Below are positions 33,001 through 43,595 of a DNA stretch of 64,000 nucleotides, one piece after another (the stretch's first letter is position 1; each line of letters starts with the position of its first letter). Source of the stretch: Candidatus Cloacimonadales bacterium. Lineage in GTDB: Bacteria > Cloacimonadota > Cloacimonadia > Cloacimonadales > JAFGVF01. The stretch is taken from contig CAXXOU010000004.1 in assembly GCA_963677495.2 (NCBI GenBank), forward strand, positions 288,001-352,000, given 5' to 3'. The position numbers and the translations under genes are program-made. The notes beneath the pieces are model-generated. The model had not been told where the DNA came from. It ran no database searches and saw nothing but the letters and a program-made list of their open reading frames with translations.

Positions 33001-34314
33001 GGAAACTCGGAATTCTCATCAGAATGGAGAATCGTCAAAGATTCTGGAGAGATAAGATACGTAGAGGGGAGAGGAGTAGTGATTCGTAATGATAATAATG
33101 ATCCCGTAAGTATGGCAGGTGTAATTATTGATATTACAGAAAGATATAATGCAGTTCAAGAACAGATTAATTTAAATCAAAGGCTGACTCTGGCTACTGA
33201 ATCAGCGGAGATTGGAATCTGGGATTATGATATTGTAAACGATAATCTTAACTGGGATGATAAAGTATACAGTTTTTATGGATTATCAAAAGATATGAAA
33301 ATTAACTTCAACTCTTGGAGTAATATATTGCATCCTGAAGACTATGATGAAGTTGTTGCCCGATACTCTTTAGCACTTAGTGGTGAGAAGGATTTCGACG
33401 TTGTTTGGAGAATCATTACCCCTGATAATCAAGTAAAGTACATAGAAGGACATGGTATTGTAAGTCGAAACCAAGAAGGAATACCAATAAGAATGATTGG
33501 TGTTAACATTGATATTACATCTAGAGTTGAAAACGAAAAAGAAATTCAACAATATAGACATCACTTAGAGGAGATTGTCGAAGATAGAACTAGAGAACTA
33601 AGAGAAGCCAATCAGGAAATGGAGAGCTTCTCATACTCTATTTCCCATGACTTAAGAGCACCTCTTAGATCAATAAGTGGATTTGCTAGTATCCTTCAAG
33701 AGGAATATTATAACACATTTGATGATGAAGGAAAGAGACTGTTAAACAATATTATAGAGAGCTCTATATCAATGAACACATTGATTACTGAGATTTTAAA
33801 TCTTTCAAGAATTAGTCGTAAAGAGCTGATAAAAAGAGAAGTTGATATGGAGAAAATCATTAGGGCATGCTATGAATCAGTTATAAATGAAAAGGATAAA
33901 AAGCAATTCTCTCTCATTATAAATAAACTGGATAAAACATTTTGTGACCCAAGTGCTTTGAAAATAGTTTGGACAAATCTTCTTGGTAATGCTGTAAAAT
34001 ATAGTCATAAATCACCTGTGAAGAAGATTGAAATTAGTTCGATCAAAGAGGAAGGATTCGTTAGATATAGTATTAAAGACTGGGGTGTTGGATTTAATCA
34101 AGAATATTCCAATAAGCTTTTCGGTGTTTTCCAAAGATTACATAGTATCAAGGATTTCCCAGGAACAGGTATTGGCCTCGCAATAGTAAAACGTATAGTA
34201 AACAAACACTTGGGTGAAGTTTCAGCATCCAGTGAAGAAGGTAAAGGAGCTATATTTAGTTTTACATTGCCAATTTATGAAACTGATTCAGATACGAATA
34301 ATGATAAACTATAA
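30094..34314 (+). CDS. Cytoplasmic multi-PAS sensor histidine kinase (paralog of 26331-29771)
   Basis: Colinear PAS blocks with extra repeats; SISHDLRAPLR, NLLGNAVKY, GTGIGL. Confidence 0.93.
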   Translation: MANELGNQHFEMMFGLSPISTKVVDKDKRIVYVNDAYTKMWGLNLENAKKLKSSDIASTERCNLYSLYDRVLNGEVLTTSIIYCKVEGIVKKDLWVQSHLYPIVSDDINYIVVIQYDITKRKQEELKTQEKKEMFQALYENAPLPYQSLNENGTFRDVNPAWLKTLGYTREEVIGKYYKDFLHPDWQSHFEKNFPAFKAKGYVHNVQFKIRHKDGHFLDISFEGCIGYNPDGSFRETYCVFQDITQRNLAESKLHEAIRKTNTLINNLPGIVYRCNNTKRWTMEFMKGGCEDLTGYKCEDIIQDNVISFGELIYPDDIEKVWNTVQKGVNNHLRYEVEYRIITKSGEIKWVWERGVCVDYCDKSEKKLEGFITDVTDRVLARKRIEESKGQLNTLINTLPDYIWLKNIKGVYLSCNRLFEEFFGAKESDIVGNTDYDFVDKELADFFRMNDKVAMAKGSPSVNEEVVVRAVDGEKVLLETVKTPMYGVDGNLIGVLGIGHDITEKKRIENELLEKKRQIQAIFDDPSTFIGILDTKGLMIDCNKIALDFINRDISDVFEVPFVDTPWWINNYEGRKRLAEAISKAKNGLSDHFESILKGAKGENKYINVSIRPIRNQDGEVYKLLAEGQDVTEKRLMEKALNQSEEKYKRLTENAKDMIYRMSIPEGRYEYVNKSALEIFGVSHQVFYNNPLTIKDLIHPDWRDYLKERWNDIINGVLTPTYEYQIITPQGKTKWIYQRNVYVNDDSGKLIAIEGIVTDITEIKKIQEELQRNQDRYNKAQALGKVGNWEYNLQEESFWASAESKKIYGFSRDFENFTTEEVENCIPDRVNVHQALVDLIEHNKPYDLQFEIITNDNGVSKIIHSTAVLEKDQKGNPLRVTGLIQDVTEQYYSDQAKQALHRRLQLATKSAGLGVWDYDILNDKLSWDDRVKEIYDVDDTFTYDFEGWSKYIHEEDVAHVATDYYKAISGNSEFSSEWRIVKDSGEIRYVEGRGVVIRNDNNDPVSMAGVIIDITERYNAVQEQINLNQRLTLATESAEIGIWDYDIVNDNLNWDDKVYSFYGLSKDMKINFNSWSNILHPEDYDEVVARYSLALSGEKDFDVVWRIITPDNQVKYIEGHGIVSRNQEGIPIRMIGVNIDITSRVENEKEIQQYRHHLEEIVEDRTRELREANQEMESFSYSISHDLRAPLRSISGFASILQEEYYNTFDDEGKRLLNNIIESSISMNTLITEILNLSRISRKELIKREVDMEKIIRACYESVINEKDKKQFSLIINKLDKTFCDPSALKIVWTNLLGNAVKYSHKSPVKKIEISSIKEEGFVRYSIKDWGVGFNQEYSNKLFGVFQRLHSIKDFPGTGIGLAIVKRIVNKHLGEVSASSEEGKGAIFSFTLPIYETDSDTNNDKL

Positions 34315-34391
34315 TCAAACTATCTTTTTTACCTTGACTCATATAATTGCGAAGAAATAGTACACAAAAAATATAACCTATTGGAGGCAGT

Positions 34392-36379
<1,988 letters not shown>

Positions 36380-36398
36380 AATATTTTATAATTGATTT

Positions 36399-36422
36399 AG
36401 CCTGCTATTTAGCAGGCTTTTT
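36399..36422 (+). terminator. Rho-independent terminator
   Basis: AGCCTGCTA-TT-TAGCAGGCT followed by a T run. Confidence 0.85.
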
Positions 36423-36521
36423 CAATATCTACACTACAGATATTAAGTAATACTTAAAAAGATATTGACTACTTCTTTCTCGTAGGGTATAGCAAATATT
36501 ATCAAAACATGAGGACAGTAG

Positions 36522-37388
36522 ATGGAAACTTGGAAATGTTTGCAGAAAGCACTTGATTATATTGAAGAGCATTTAGAAGAGAAGCTTACTTTAGAGGATG
36601 TTGCAGACGTGGCAAACTATTCACCCTGGCATTTTCACAGACTATTTAAAGCGTATGTGGGGAAAGGAGTTGGTGAATACATAAGATTACGTAAACTATC
36701 TAAAGCAAGTGCAGAGTTAGTATTTACGACAAGGCCAATCGTGGATATTGCTTCTAAATATACTTTTGAATCCCAAGCAGCTTTCACGCGTGCATATCAA
36801 AGCTGTTTCGGTGTTACTCCCGGGAAAGTACGCCGAAAGTTAAAGACTGTCCATAGCTTCTTGCCTGTTAGGTTAGAGCATACGAAAACAATCAGAAAAG
36901 GAGAACAACTGATGAAAACAAGAATCACTGAAAGAGATGAGTTCACAGTAGTCGGAATGGATTGTTTCTGTTCCCAGAATAATAATACTATACCTCAATT
37001 ATGGGAGAAGTTCAACAAATATATGAACGTAATCCCAAACATGAAAGAGTGCAAAGCAGCTCTTGGCATCTGTGTAAGTGATGTTGAACATGTAACACCC
37101 GACACAGAATTCAGATACATTGCATCAATGGAAGTTGAGAAGGTAGATGAGTTACCGGAAGGTATGGTTGCTTACACTGTTCCAGGGGGTACATATCTGG
37201 TTCTTGAACATGTCGGAGCTCTTGATACACTTCCACAATCTTATGATTATGCATACAAAACCTGGTTCTCTGAGAATGAGGAGTATGGTCCTACCGGATT
37301 CCATGACTTCGAAGTCTACGATGAAAGGTTTAAGTTTGGTCAAGAAGACTCAATAATGGAGATCTGGATACCGATAAAGAAGAAATAA
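36522..37388 (+). CDS. AraC-family regulator with C-terminal GyrI-like effector-binding domain
   Basis: N-terminal double HTH (YSPWHFHRLF; FESQAAFTRAY); C-terminal GyrI-like domain (IPQLW...DFEVYDERF...EIWIPI). Confidence 0.9.
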   Translation: METWKCLQKALDYIEEHLEEKLTLEDVADVANYSPWHFHRLFKAYVGKGVGEYIRLRKLSKASAELVFTTRPIVDIASKYTFESQAAFTRAYQSCFGVTPGKVRRKLKTVHSFLPVRLEHTKTIRKGEQLMKTRITERDEFTVVGMDCFCSQNNNTIPQLWEKFNKYMNVIPNMKECKAALGICVSDVEHVTPDTEFRYIASMEVEKVDELPEGMVAYTVPGGTYLVLEHVGALDTLPQSYDYAYKTWFSENEEYGPTGFHDFEVYDERFKFGQEDSIMEIWIPIKKK

Positions 37389-37399
37389 ACAACTATTCG

Positions 37400-37426
37400 A
37401 AGCTCCTCAATCGAGGAGCTTGTTTT
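37400..37426 (+). terminator. Rho-independent terminator
   Basis: AAGCTCCTC-AATC-GAGGAGCTT followed by GTTTT. Confidence 0.75.
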
Positions 37427-37440
37427 CTATCACTGCCGTC

Positions 37441-37623
37441 TTTTTAGGGAGTTTGTCACGACCAGCGGGAGAACGGACTTCCTAAAATACCTTACCCTCG
37501 CAAGTCATTATGCAATAAAGCCTCTAAAGAATCGAATACATTCCCGAGCATCCAGTCATTTCAAAGAATTAAGGAAGTCCGCTATTGCTTCACTTGCGTT
37601 CCGCTTTTGGCAAACTCCCTTAA
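37441..37623. repeat. Inverted pair of AGGAAGTCCG...CAAACTCCCT REP-like elements
   Basis: AGGGAGTTTG...CGGACTTCCT (37441-37488) and AGGAAGTCCG...CAAACTCCCT (37571-37623). Confidence 0.65.
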
Positions 37624-37897
37624 TTCTTTATGTCTGCTACAAGTCTGGAACGTCCTGCATCAAAAGCCTTGAATCTCGCTTGTCCCTCCCTATGAAACCC
37701 TAAAGTTATCCACATCGTGTGCATAACTTTTTGCAGCGTGCAAATAGCTTCTTGAAGCGGGATAATACAGACGTGAAGTAGATTGGTGATAAAGAGGAAA
37801 ACAAAGATTAATGATTTACAATTCATTTAAAGTATGTTTGTTATCGGTTAATAACAGTAACATACAATTGTCCCATCTTAGTTTCCTCACAAAACAA

Positions 37898-37926
37898 TTG
37901 ACAAAGATAGAGTCTTTGATTGTAAT
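37898..37926 (+). promoter_or_regulatory. Sigma70-type promoter
   Basis: TTGACA-N17-TGTAAT upstream of AGGAGG and the GTG at 37965. Confidence 0.65.
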
Positions 37927-37964
37927 GATATGACTTAAAAAGCAAGTTTTCAGGAGGTATTGCC

Positions 37965-38999
37965 GTGAAGAAATTGCGCTTTGGCCTAATTGGCTGTGGA
38001 CGTATTTCCAAAAATCATTTTGAATCTGTTAAACAAGTTGAGACTGCTGAGTTTGTTGCCTGTTGTGACATTATTGAAACTAGGGCAAAAGAAGCAGCCG
38101 AGACATACAATATAGCAAATTATTACACTGATTACCATGATATGATGAAGAAAGAGAAGCTTGATGCTGTCAGTATTTGTACACCAAGCGGTACTCATCC
38201 TTTTATTGGAGCTGATGTAGCTTCTTACAAAGTACATGTTATCACTGAGAAGCCTATGGCAATTAACATTAGTGATGCTGATCATCTTATCAGAGCATGT
38301 GATAAGTACAATGTACAGCTTTTTGTTGTTAAGCAAAACAGACTTAATACTACAATGCAGTTACTTAAGAGAGCGATTGAGAAGAATCGTTTCGGTCGTA
38401 TTTTCATGGTTCAATCAAATGTATTCTGGCAAAGACCACAAAACTACTATGACTCAGCTAAATGGCGTGGCACTTGGGAGTTTGATGGCGGAGCTTTCAT
38501 GAATCAGGCAAGTCACTATGTAGATGCATTACACTGGCTAATAGGTAATGTTGAATCAGTTATGGCTGAGACAGGAACTTTAGCTCGTAACATCGAAGCT
38601 GAAGACACCGGTACAGCTATTCTTAAGTTCCGCTCCGGAGTAATTGGAACAATGAATGTGACAATGCTCACTTATCCTAAAAACTTTGAAGGTTCAATCA
38701 CAATCTTAGGTGAAAAGGGAACAGTGAAGATTGGTGGAGTTGCAATCAACCAAGTAGAGAAATGGGAGTTTGCGGAATACGACGATGATGATAAATTAAT
38801 TACTGACAGTAACTACCAACCGCCAAACATTTACGGTTTTGGTCACATCCCATATTATCAGAATGTTGCTGATGTACTCACCGGTAAGGCAGAACCTAAA
38901 ACAGATGGTAGAGAAGGACGTAAGTCTGTTGAGATTATTCAAGCTATCTACAAATCATCAAGAGATAAGGTAAAAGTTAGCCTACCTTTGAACTATTAA
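37965..38999 (+). CDS. Gfo/Idh/MocA oxidoreductase, WlbA/WbpB-like UDP-GlcNAcA 3-dehydrogenase
   Basis: GCGRISKNH, TEKPMA, VVKQNR, WRGTWEFDGGAFMNQASHYVD. Confidence 0.85.
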   Translation: MKKLRFGLIGCGRISKNHFESVKQVETAEFVACCDIIETRAKEAAETYNIANYYTDYHDMMKKEKLDAVSICTPSGTHPFIGADVASYKVHVITEKPMAINISDADHLIRACDKYNVQLFVVKQNRLNTTMQLLKRAIEKNRFGRIFMVQSNVFWQRPQNYYDSAKWRGTWEFDGGAFMNQASHYVDALHWLIGNVESVMAETGTLARNIEAEDTGTAILKFRSGVIGTMNVTMLTYPKNFEGSITILGEKGTVKIGGVAINQVEKWEFAEYDDDDKLITDSNYQPPNIYGFGHIPYYQNVADVLTGKAEPKTDGREGRKSVEIIQAIYKSSRDKVKVSLPLNY

Positions 39000-39002
39000 T
39001 AT

Positions 39003-40049
39003 ATGAAAAAAATTATTACTGTTATTGGGGCCAGACCACAATTTGTTAAGTCAGGCCCTTTATCAAATGAACTAAGAAAACAGTTCCAAGAAGTTATTGT
39101 CCATTCAGGGCAGCATTATGATGCGAATCTGTCTGAGATTATTCTAAGAGATATTGGCTCACCAAAACCAGATTACTTTCTTAAGACTGAAGGCTCAACT
39201 CATGCAACACAAACTGCTTCAATTTTACGTAGTACAGAGAAAGTTTTCATTGATGAAAAGCCGGATGCAGTGATTGTTTTCGGTGATACAAATACAACAT
39301 TAGCAGCTACTATCGCAGCAGCAAAGCTGGGAATAAAAATTGTTCATGTGGAAGCAGGACTAAGAAGTTTTAACCGAGAAATGCCGGAAGAGATAAATAG
39401 AATTGCAACAGATAGTTTATCTGATATCCTCTTTGCTCCGACTGAAGTAGCATTGCAGCACCTGAAGAATGAAGGATTAGAAGCTAAATCATTCATGACT
39501 GGTGATATCATGGTTGATAGTGTAAAAACTGTGAGTTCTACGATTGATGAAACTATTCTAGCGGAGTGGAAACTTCAGAATGATAACTACTATCTTCTCA
39601 CAATGCATAGACCCTACAATGTAGACAATAAAGAGAACCTTTTAAGAATACTTAATGACTTAGCTCAGCTTGATGCTGAGGTTGTATTCCCAGCACATCC
39701 GAGAACCTTGAAAGTTTTAGGTGATACAATTTTACCTGAATCGATTAAAGTGATTGAACCACAGGGATATGTAAAGTTTACAGGTTTACAGAAGTATGCG
39801 AAGAAGATAGTTACAGATTCCGGAGGAGTTCAGAAAGAAGCATACATCCACGAAAAACCATGCATAACTTTGAGAACTGAGACAGAATGGGTTGAGACTG
39901 TTGAAGCTGGTTGGAACCTTTTGTTACCTCCGGTTGAAAGTGATTTAGCAACGAAGATTCAAACATTTACTCCTCCTAAGAGTCATCCGGACTTGTATGG
40001 ATCCAATATTGCTAAACGAATGGTAAAGATTCTAGCTGAGAATATATAA
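39003..40049 (+). CDS. wecB: Non-hydrolysing UDP-N-acetylglucosamine 2-epimerase (WecB/WbpI family)
   Basis: GARPQFVK, HSGQHYD, GDTNTT, HVEAGLRS, TDSGGVQKEA. Confidence 0.9.
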   Translation: MKKIITVIGARPQFVKSGPLSNELRKQFQEVIVHSGQHYDANLSEIILRDIGSPKPDYFLKTEGSTHATQTASILRSTEKVFIDEKPDAVIVFGDTNTTLAATIAAAKLGIKIVHVEAGLRSFNREMPEEINRIATDSLSDILFAPTEVALQHLKNEGLEAKSFMTGDIMVDSVKTVSSTIDETILAEWKLQNDNYYLLTMHRPYNVDNKENLLRILNDLAQLDAEVVFPAHPRTLKVLGDTILPESIKVIEPQGYVKFTGLQKYAKKIVTDSGGVQKEAYIHEKPCITLRTETEWVETVEAGWNLLLPPVESDLATKIQTFTPPKSHPDLYGSNIAKRMVKILAENI

Positions 40050-41281
40050 TGCTATTTACTACTGTCATTTTTTGTACTATTAATCTTATTATAGATTTTG
40101 TTTTCATAAGTATTTTCCCGATACTTTCTCTACTCTTACAGAAACCTATTAGCATTGAAAGGCTTGCATTAAATCCCCCTGTGATGAAGAAACCAATCTG
40201 GATTCATGCAGCATCAGTCGGAGAGGTTAATGCAGTTGTACCATTGCTTAAGGAACTGATAAAGACAGGGAAAGATATACTTGTAACAACAACTAGCATA
40301 ACAGGATGGCAGCGAGTTAAAGATTTAGGATTAGAAGTTGATGTACATCTTCTTCCTATCGATGTACGCTTAGTAATTTCTTCATTTGTGAAACGTGTGA
40401 ACCCATCAATGCTTTTGATAGTAGAAACAGAAATATGGCCTAATCTGCTCTATTGTGCCGTAAAAAGAAAGGTTCCTATTGGTTGGATTAATGCAAGAAT
40501 ATCAAAGAGTACAGTGGTTGGATTTAAATTTTTCTCTTGGGTTTTCAAACCAATCTTCAGTAAAGTAGCATTCGTTAATGCACAAACTGGTGTCGATACT
40601 CATAGATTTCGAAAAGTAGGCTTTAAGAAAGTAGTTCAGGCTGGGAATTTGAAGTTTTGCTTATCTCTACCGATGATAAACAAACAGCGTTTGAAGAATA
40701 GGTTTGGGATAATGGACAACGATTTTGTAATAGTTTGGGGTAGCTCCCGACCAGGAGAAGAGGAGATTTTTGTAGATATAATCCCTCAACTGAATGAGGT
40801 AATCCCAAATTTGAAGACAGCTATTGTTCCAAGACATTTAAATAGAATGGAAGATGTTTGTAAAGCTATGGGTCCAATACCATTTACTCTCTTTTCTAAA
40901 GATAAAGTGTCTTGTTATAAACATATAGCAGTAGATAAGATGGGGGTTCTCAACAGTTTATACAGTGTTTGCAATATAGCTATAGTTGGTGGGAGTTTCA
41001 CTGATTTTGGAGGACATAATCCCTTAGAACCCGCCTTTTATTGCAAACCAATTATCATTGGACCATACCATTATTCTTGTAGAGGTTCTGTGAAAGCTTT
41101 AAAAAAGAAGAAAGGGATTGTTATATCCAACAAAGAAAAACTTTTAGAAGATATTATAGATCTGTACAATAATGAAGAAAAAAGAGTTTTACTTGGAGAA
41201 AATGCTAAGAAAACGATTTCCGAAAACTCACAGGCACTTGAGTTCTCTGTAAATGCAGTTAAGAGCTTACTTGTATTATAA
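40049..41281 (+). CDS. waaA: Kdo transferase
   Basis: IWIHAASVGE, ETEIWPN, GNLKF, VPRH, GGHNPLEPA. Confidence 0.92.
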   Translation: MLFTTVIFCTINLIIDFVFISIFPILSLLLQKPISIERLALNPPVMKKPIWIHAASVGEVNAVVPLLKELIKTGKDILVTTTSITGWQRVKDLGLEVDVHLLPIDVRLVISSFVKRVNPSMLLIVETEIWPNLLYCAVKRKVPIGWINARISKSTVVGFKFFSWVFKPIFSKVAFVNAQTGVDTHRFRKVGFKKVVQAGNLKFCLSLPMINKQRLKNRFGIMDNDFVIVWGSSRPGEEEIFVDIIPQLNEVIPNLKTAIVPRHLNRMEDVCKAMGPIPFTLFSKDKVSCYKHIAVDKMGVLNSLYSVCNIAIVGGSFTDFGGHNPLEPAFYCKPIIIGPYHYSCRGSVKALKKKKGIVISNKEKLLEDIIDLYNNEEKRVLLGENAKKTISENSQALEFSVNAVKSLLVL

Positions 41282-42264
41282 TGCGTAAAGCATGTTTTAA
41301 TGATCAAATTAGTGATAAAATAGTAAGATGTAGGTTATGTCCAAACTTCTGTATTATCAAGGCAGGAGAGCAATCACCTTGTTTGAGTAGAACCAACATA
41401 GATGGTGAGCTATATGCTACTAGTTATGCAAAGACTTGTTCATTATCCATTGATCCGATAGAGAAAAAACCTTTATATCACTTCTTCCCAAACACTGAGA
41501 TATTATCGATAGGATCCAACTCATGCAATTTGCATTGCAAGTTCTGTCAGAATTTCTCAATAAGTCAACAAAGGGCTGAAACTGTAGATATTTCAGCATC
41601 TAAACTCCTTGAAATATGTAATGATAAAGGAATAAAATCAATTGCTTTCACATATTCAGAACCATTAACCTGGTATGAGTTTATCATTGATACAGCCCCT
41701 AAACTGAAAGAGGCTGGTATAAAAACAGTACTTGTTTCGAATGGATTTATAAATCAACCTCCACTATTAAAGCTATTACCATTTATTGATGCAATGAACA
41801 TAGATTTGAAAAGCTTTAGCTCTGAGTTTTATCGAAATATTTGTGGAGGGAGACTCCAACCTGTACTAGAGACTTTAAAAACAGTGTATAATCACACTCA
41901 CCTGGAGATAACTTACTTGCTTATTCCTGACCTAAATGATAATCTTGAGGAGTTCGATGAAATGATTGAATTCATCATGGCTATCGATAGATCTATTCCT
42001 TTGCATATATCTGCATACTATCCTGCATATAAATTAACAAATCGAAATACTACTGCAGAAGAGATTCTTCGATTTAAAGATAGAGCATTGAAGAAACTGG
42101 ATTTTGTTTATGCGGGAAATATCGGTTACGGGGCAGATACAATTTGTCCTGGTTGCGGGGAAGTTCTGATAAGAAGAAAAGGTTTTACTACAAGAGTACT
42201 CAATCTAGCTTCAGGAAACTGTAGGAATTGTAATTACAGACTTTATGGGAGTCTTGATGCTTAA
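41281..42264 (+). CDS. amrS: AmmeMemoRadiSam-type radical SAM enzyme
   Basis: CRLCPNFC, DPIEKKPLYHF, CNLHCKFCQN, AFTYSEP, NIDLK, C-terminal CPGCG. Confidence 0.85.
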   Translation: MRKACFNDQISDKIVRCRLCPNFCIIKAGEQSPCLSRTNIDGELYATSYAKTCSLSIDPIEKKPLYHFFPNTEILSIGSNSCNLHCKFCQNFSISQQRAETVDISASKLLEICNDKGIKSIAFTYSEPLTWYEFIIDTAPKLKEAGIKTVLVSNGFINQPPLLKLLPFIDAMNIDLKSFSSEFYRNICGGRLQPVLETLKTVYNHTHLEITYLLIPDLNDNLEEFDEMIEFIMAIDRSIPLHISAYYPAYKLTNRNTTAEEILRFKDRALKKLDFVYAGNIGYGADTICPGCGEVLIRRKGFTTRVLNLASGNCRNCNYRLYGSLDA

Positions 42265-42625
42265 AACATTACGTAAAGAACTGACAGTTAGTGATGTTAT
42301 TTTAATTCTTTTAATTTTGATTGCTGCCGTCACAATTTTTGCATACCAGCAAAGAAGTTCATCTTTAAAAATCAGAATTACATATAGAGATCACACATTA
42401 AGAGAGTTTTCCGGAATGGATAAAGCTAACTTTACGCTCCCTGATGGACATGGAGTTATAGAAGTGGACAGGGGAAGGGCAAGGATTCTGAACTCCGATT
42501 GTCATTCACATCTTTGTGAGAAACAGGGATGGAGTTCATCTTTACCAATCGTTTGTGCCCCTAACAAAGTTCTTGTAGAGTTCATACCTGTAAAAGAGAA
42601 GGATGAAATTATTATCCTACATTGA
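42257..42625 (+). CDS. NusG domain II-containing membrane-anchored protein
   Basis: N-terminal TM segment; SDCHSHLCEKQGW...IVCAPNKV motif. Confidence 0.75.
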   Translation: MLKTLRKELTVSDVILILLILIAAVTIFAYQQRSSSLKIRITYRDHTLREFSGMDKANFTLPDGHGVIEVDRGRARILNSDCHSHLCEKQGWSSSLPIVCAPNKVLVEFIPVKEKDEIIILH

Positions 42626-42669
42626 AAAAAGGCAACTTCCGTTGCCTAAATTATCATTTTCGCTCTTGG

Positions 42670-43083
42670 CTATTCCATAGATGAAAGCAATACTACAACA
42701 AGAGCTGTTCCAAGTAGTCCACCACCAAAAGCTGACCACTTGTTTTTGCTTTTACTCTTCTTATAATATCCCAGAGTGTAACCTTCCTCATCATATTTTT
42801 TAGGAACCTTATTAGGTGATTCTCCATCGGCTGCTATTGTAATAATAGTTGTGCCTAATAATCCTAACAAAAATCCTGAACCGACTCCTCCTAAGAACCA
42901 ACCTCCACTTGAATGCTTCGCCCTAGCAACTTCATATCCCCTTTCAAATGAATCTTCATAACTCTTTGTTTTGGATTTTAAGGGTGCATCGCTTGGTACA
43001 TCAGATTGAATTGTAGCTAATGTCTCTGAAAAACCTAATGAACACATAGACAATATAATGGTGATAACGATAAACACTTTCAT
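42670..43083 (-). CDS. Hypothetical exported/membrane protein
   Basis: GGAGGAG RBS, signal peptide, two Gly-rich hydrophobic segments. Confidence 0.7.
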   Translation of the reverse strand: MKVFIVITIILSMCSLGFSETLATIQSDVPSDAPLKSKTKSYEDSFERGYEVARAKHSSGGWFLGGVGSGFLLGLLGTTIITIAADGESPNKVPKKYDEEGYTLGYYKKSKSKNKWSAFGGGLLGTALVVVLLSSME

Positions 43084-43314
43084 CTGTAACTCCTCCCATA
43101 AATGTTTCGTTTATAAACATTATGAATCAAAATAAGTCAACAAAAAAAGTGAGACTGTTAACTTTCTGTTTGTTGAACATAGACAGTGGTATTTGCTGTA
43201 ATCTACATCATTGAAGTCATTGCGAGCTTGCGAGTTCTATTCCACAGTAATGTACTCTTGCCATTTCAACAATTAATCAAACTTTCATCCGGTTGCTATG
43301 ATTCCAGTTTCTGA

Positions 43315-43510
43315 CAACATACACAGTGCCATTTGCAATAACTTAGCTATATTAATTGCCCTTTATACTCTCTTTAACTGAACTATCTATCAACCCACTG
43401 TGTTTGCACTGTGCACGCACTGTGAAGGCACTGCTAACCCACTGTTTCACTGGGTGCACAGTGCGTGCACAGTGGGAAAACAGTGGGATGACTGCGTTTT
43501 GTTGATGAGT
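43315..43510. repeat. Dispersed 11-bp-phased CACTG/CAGTG element (copy 2, inverted)
   Basis: Its reverse complement matches 13730-13920, e.g. CCCACTGTGCACGCACTGTGCACCCAGTGAAACAGTGGGTT. Confidence 0.9.
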
Positions 43511-43595
43511 TTAGTCTTGATGAGCAGAGACTTAGTGGAAATATCTCCTTGACCAGATGATTAGTCATACAGAAGATTCATATGGGAGGAATCTT

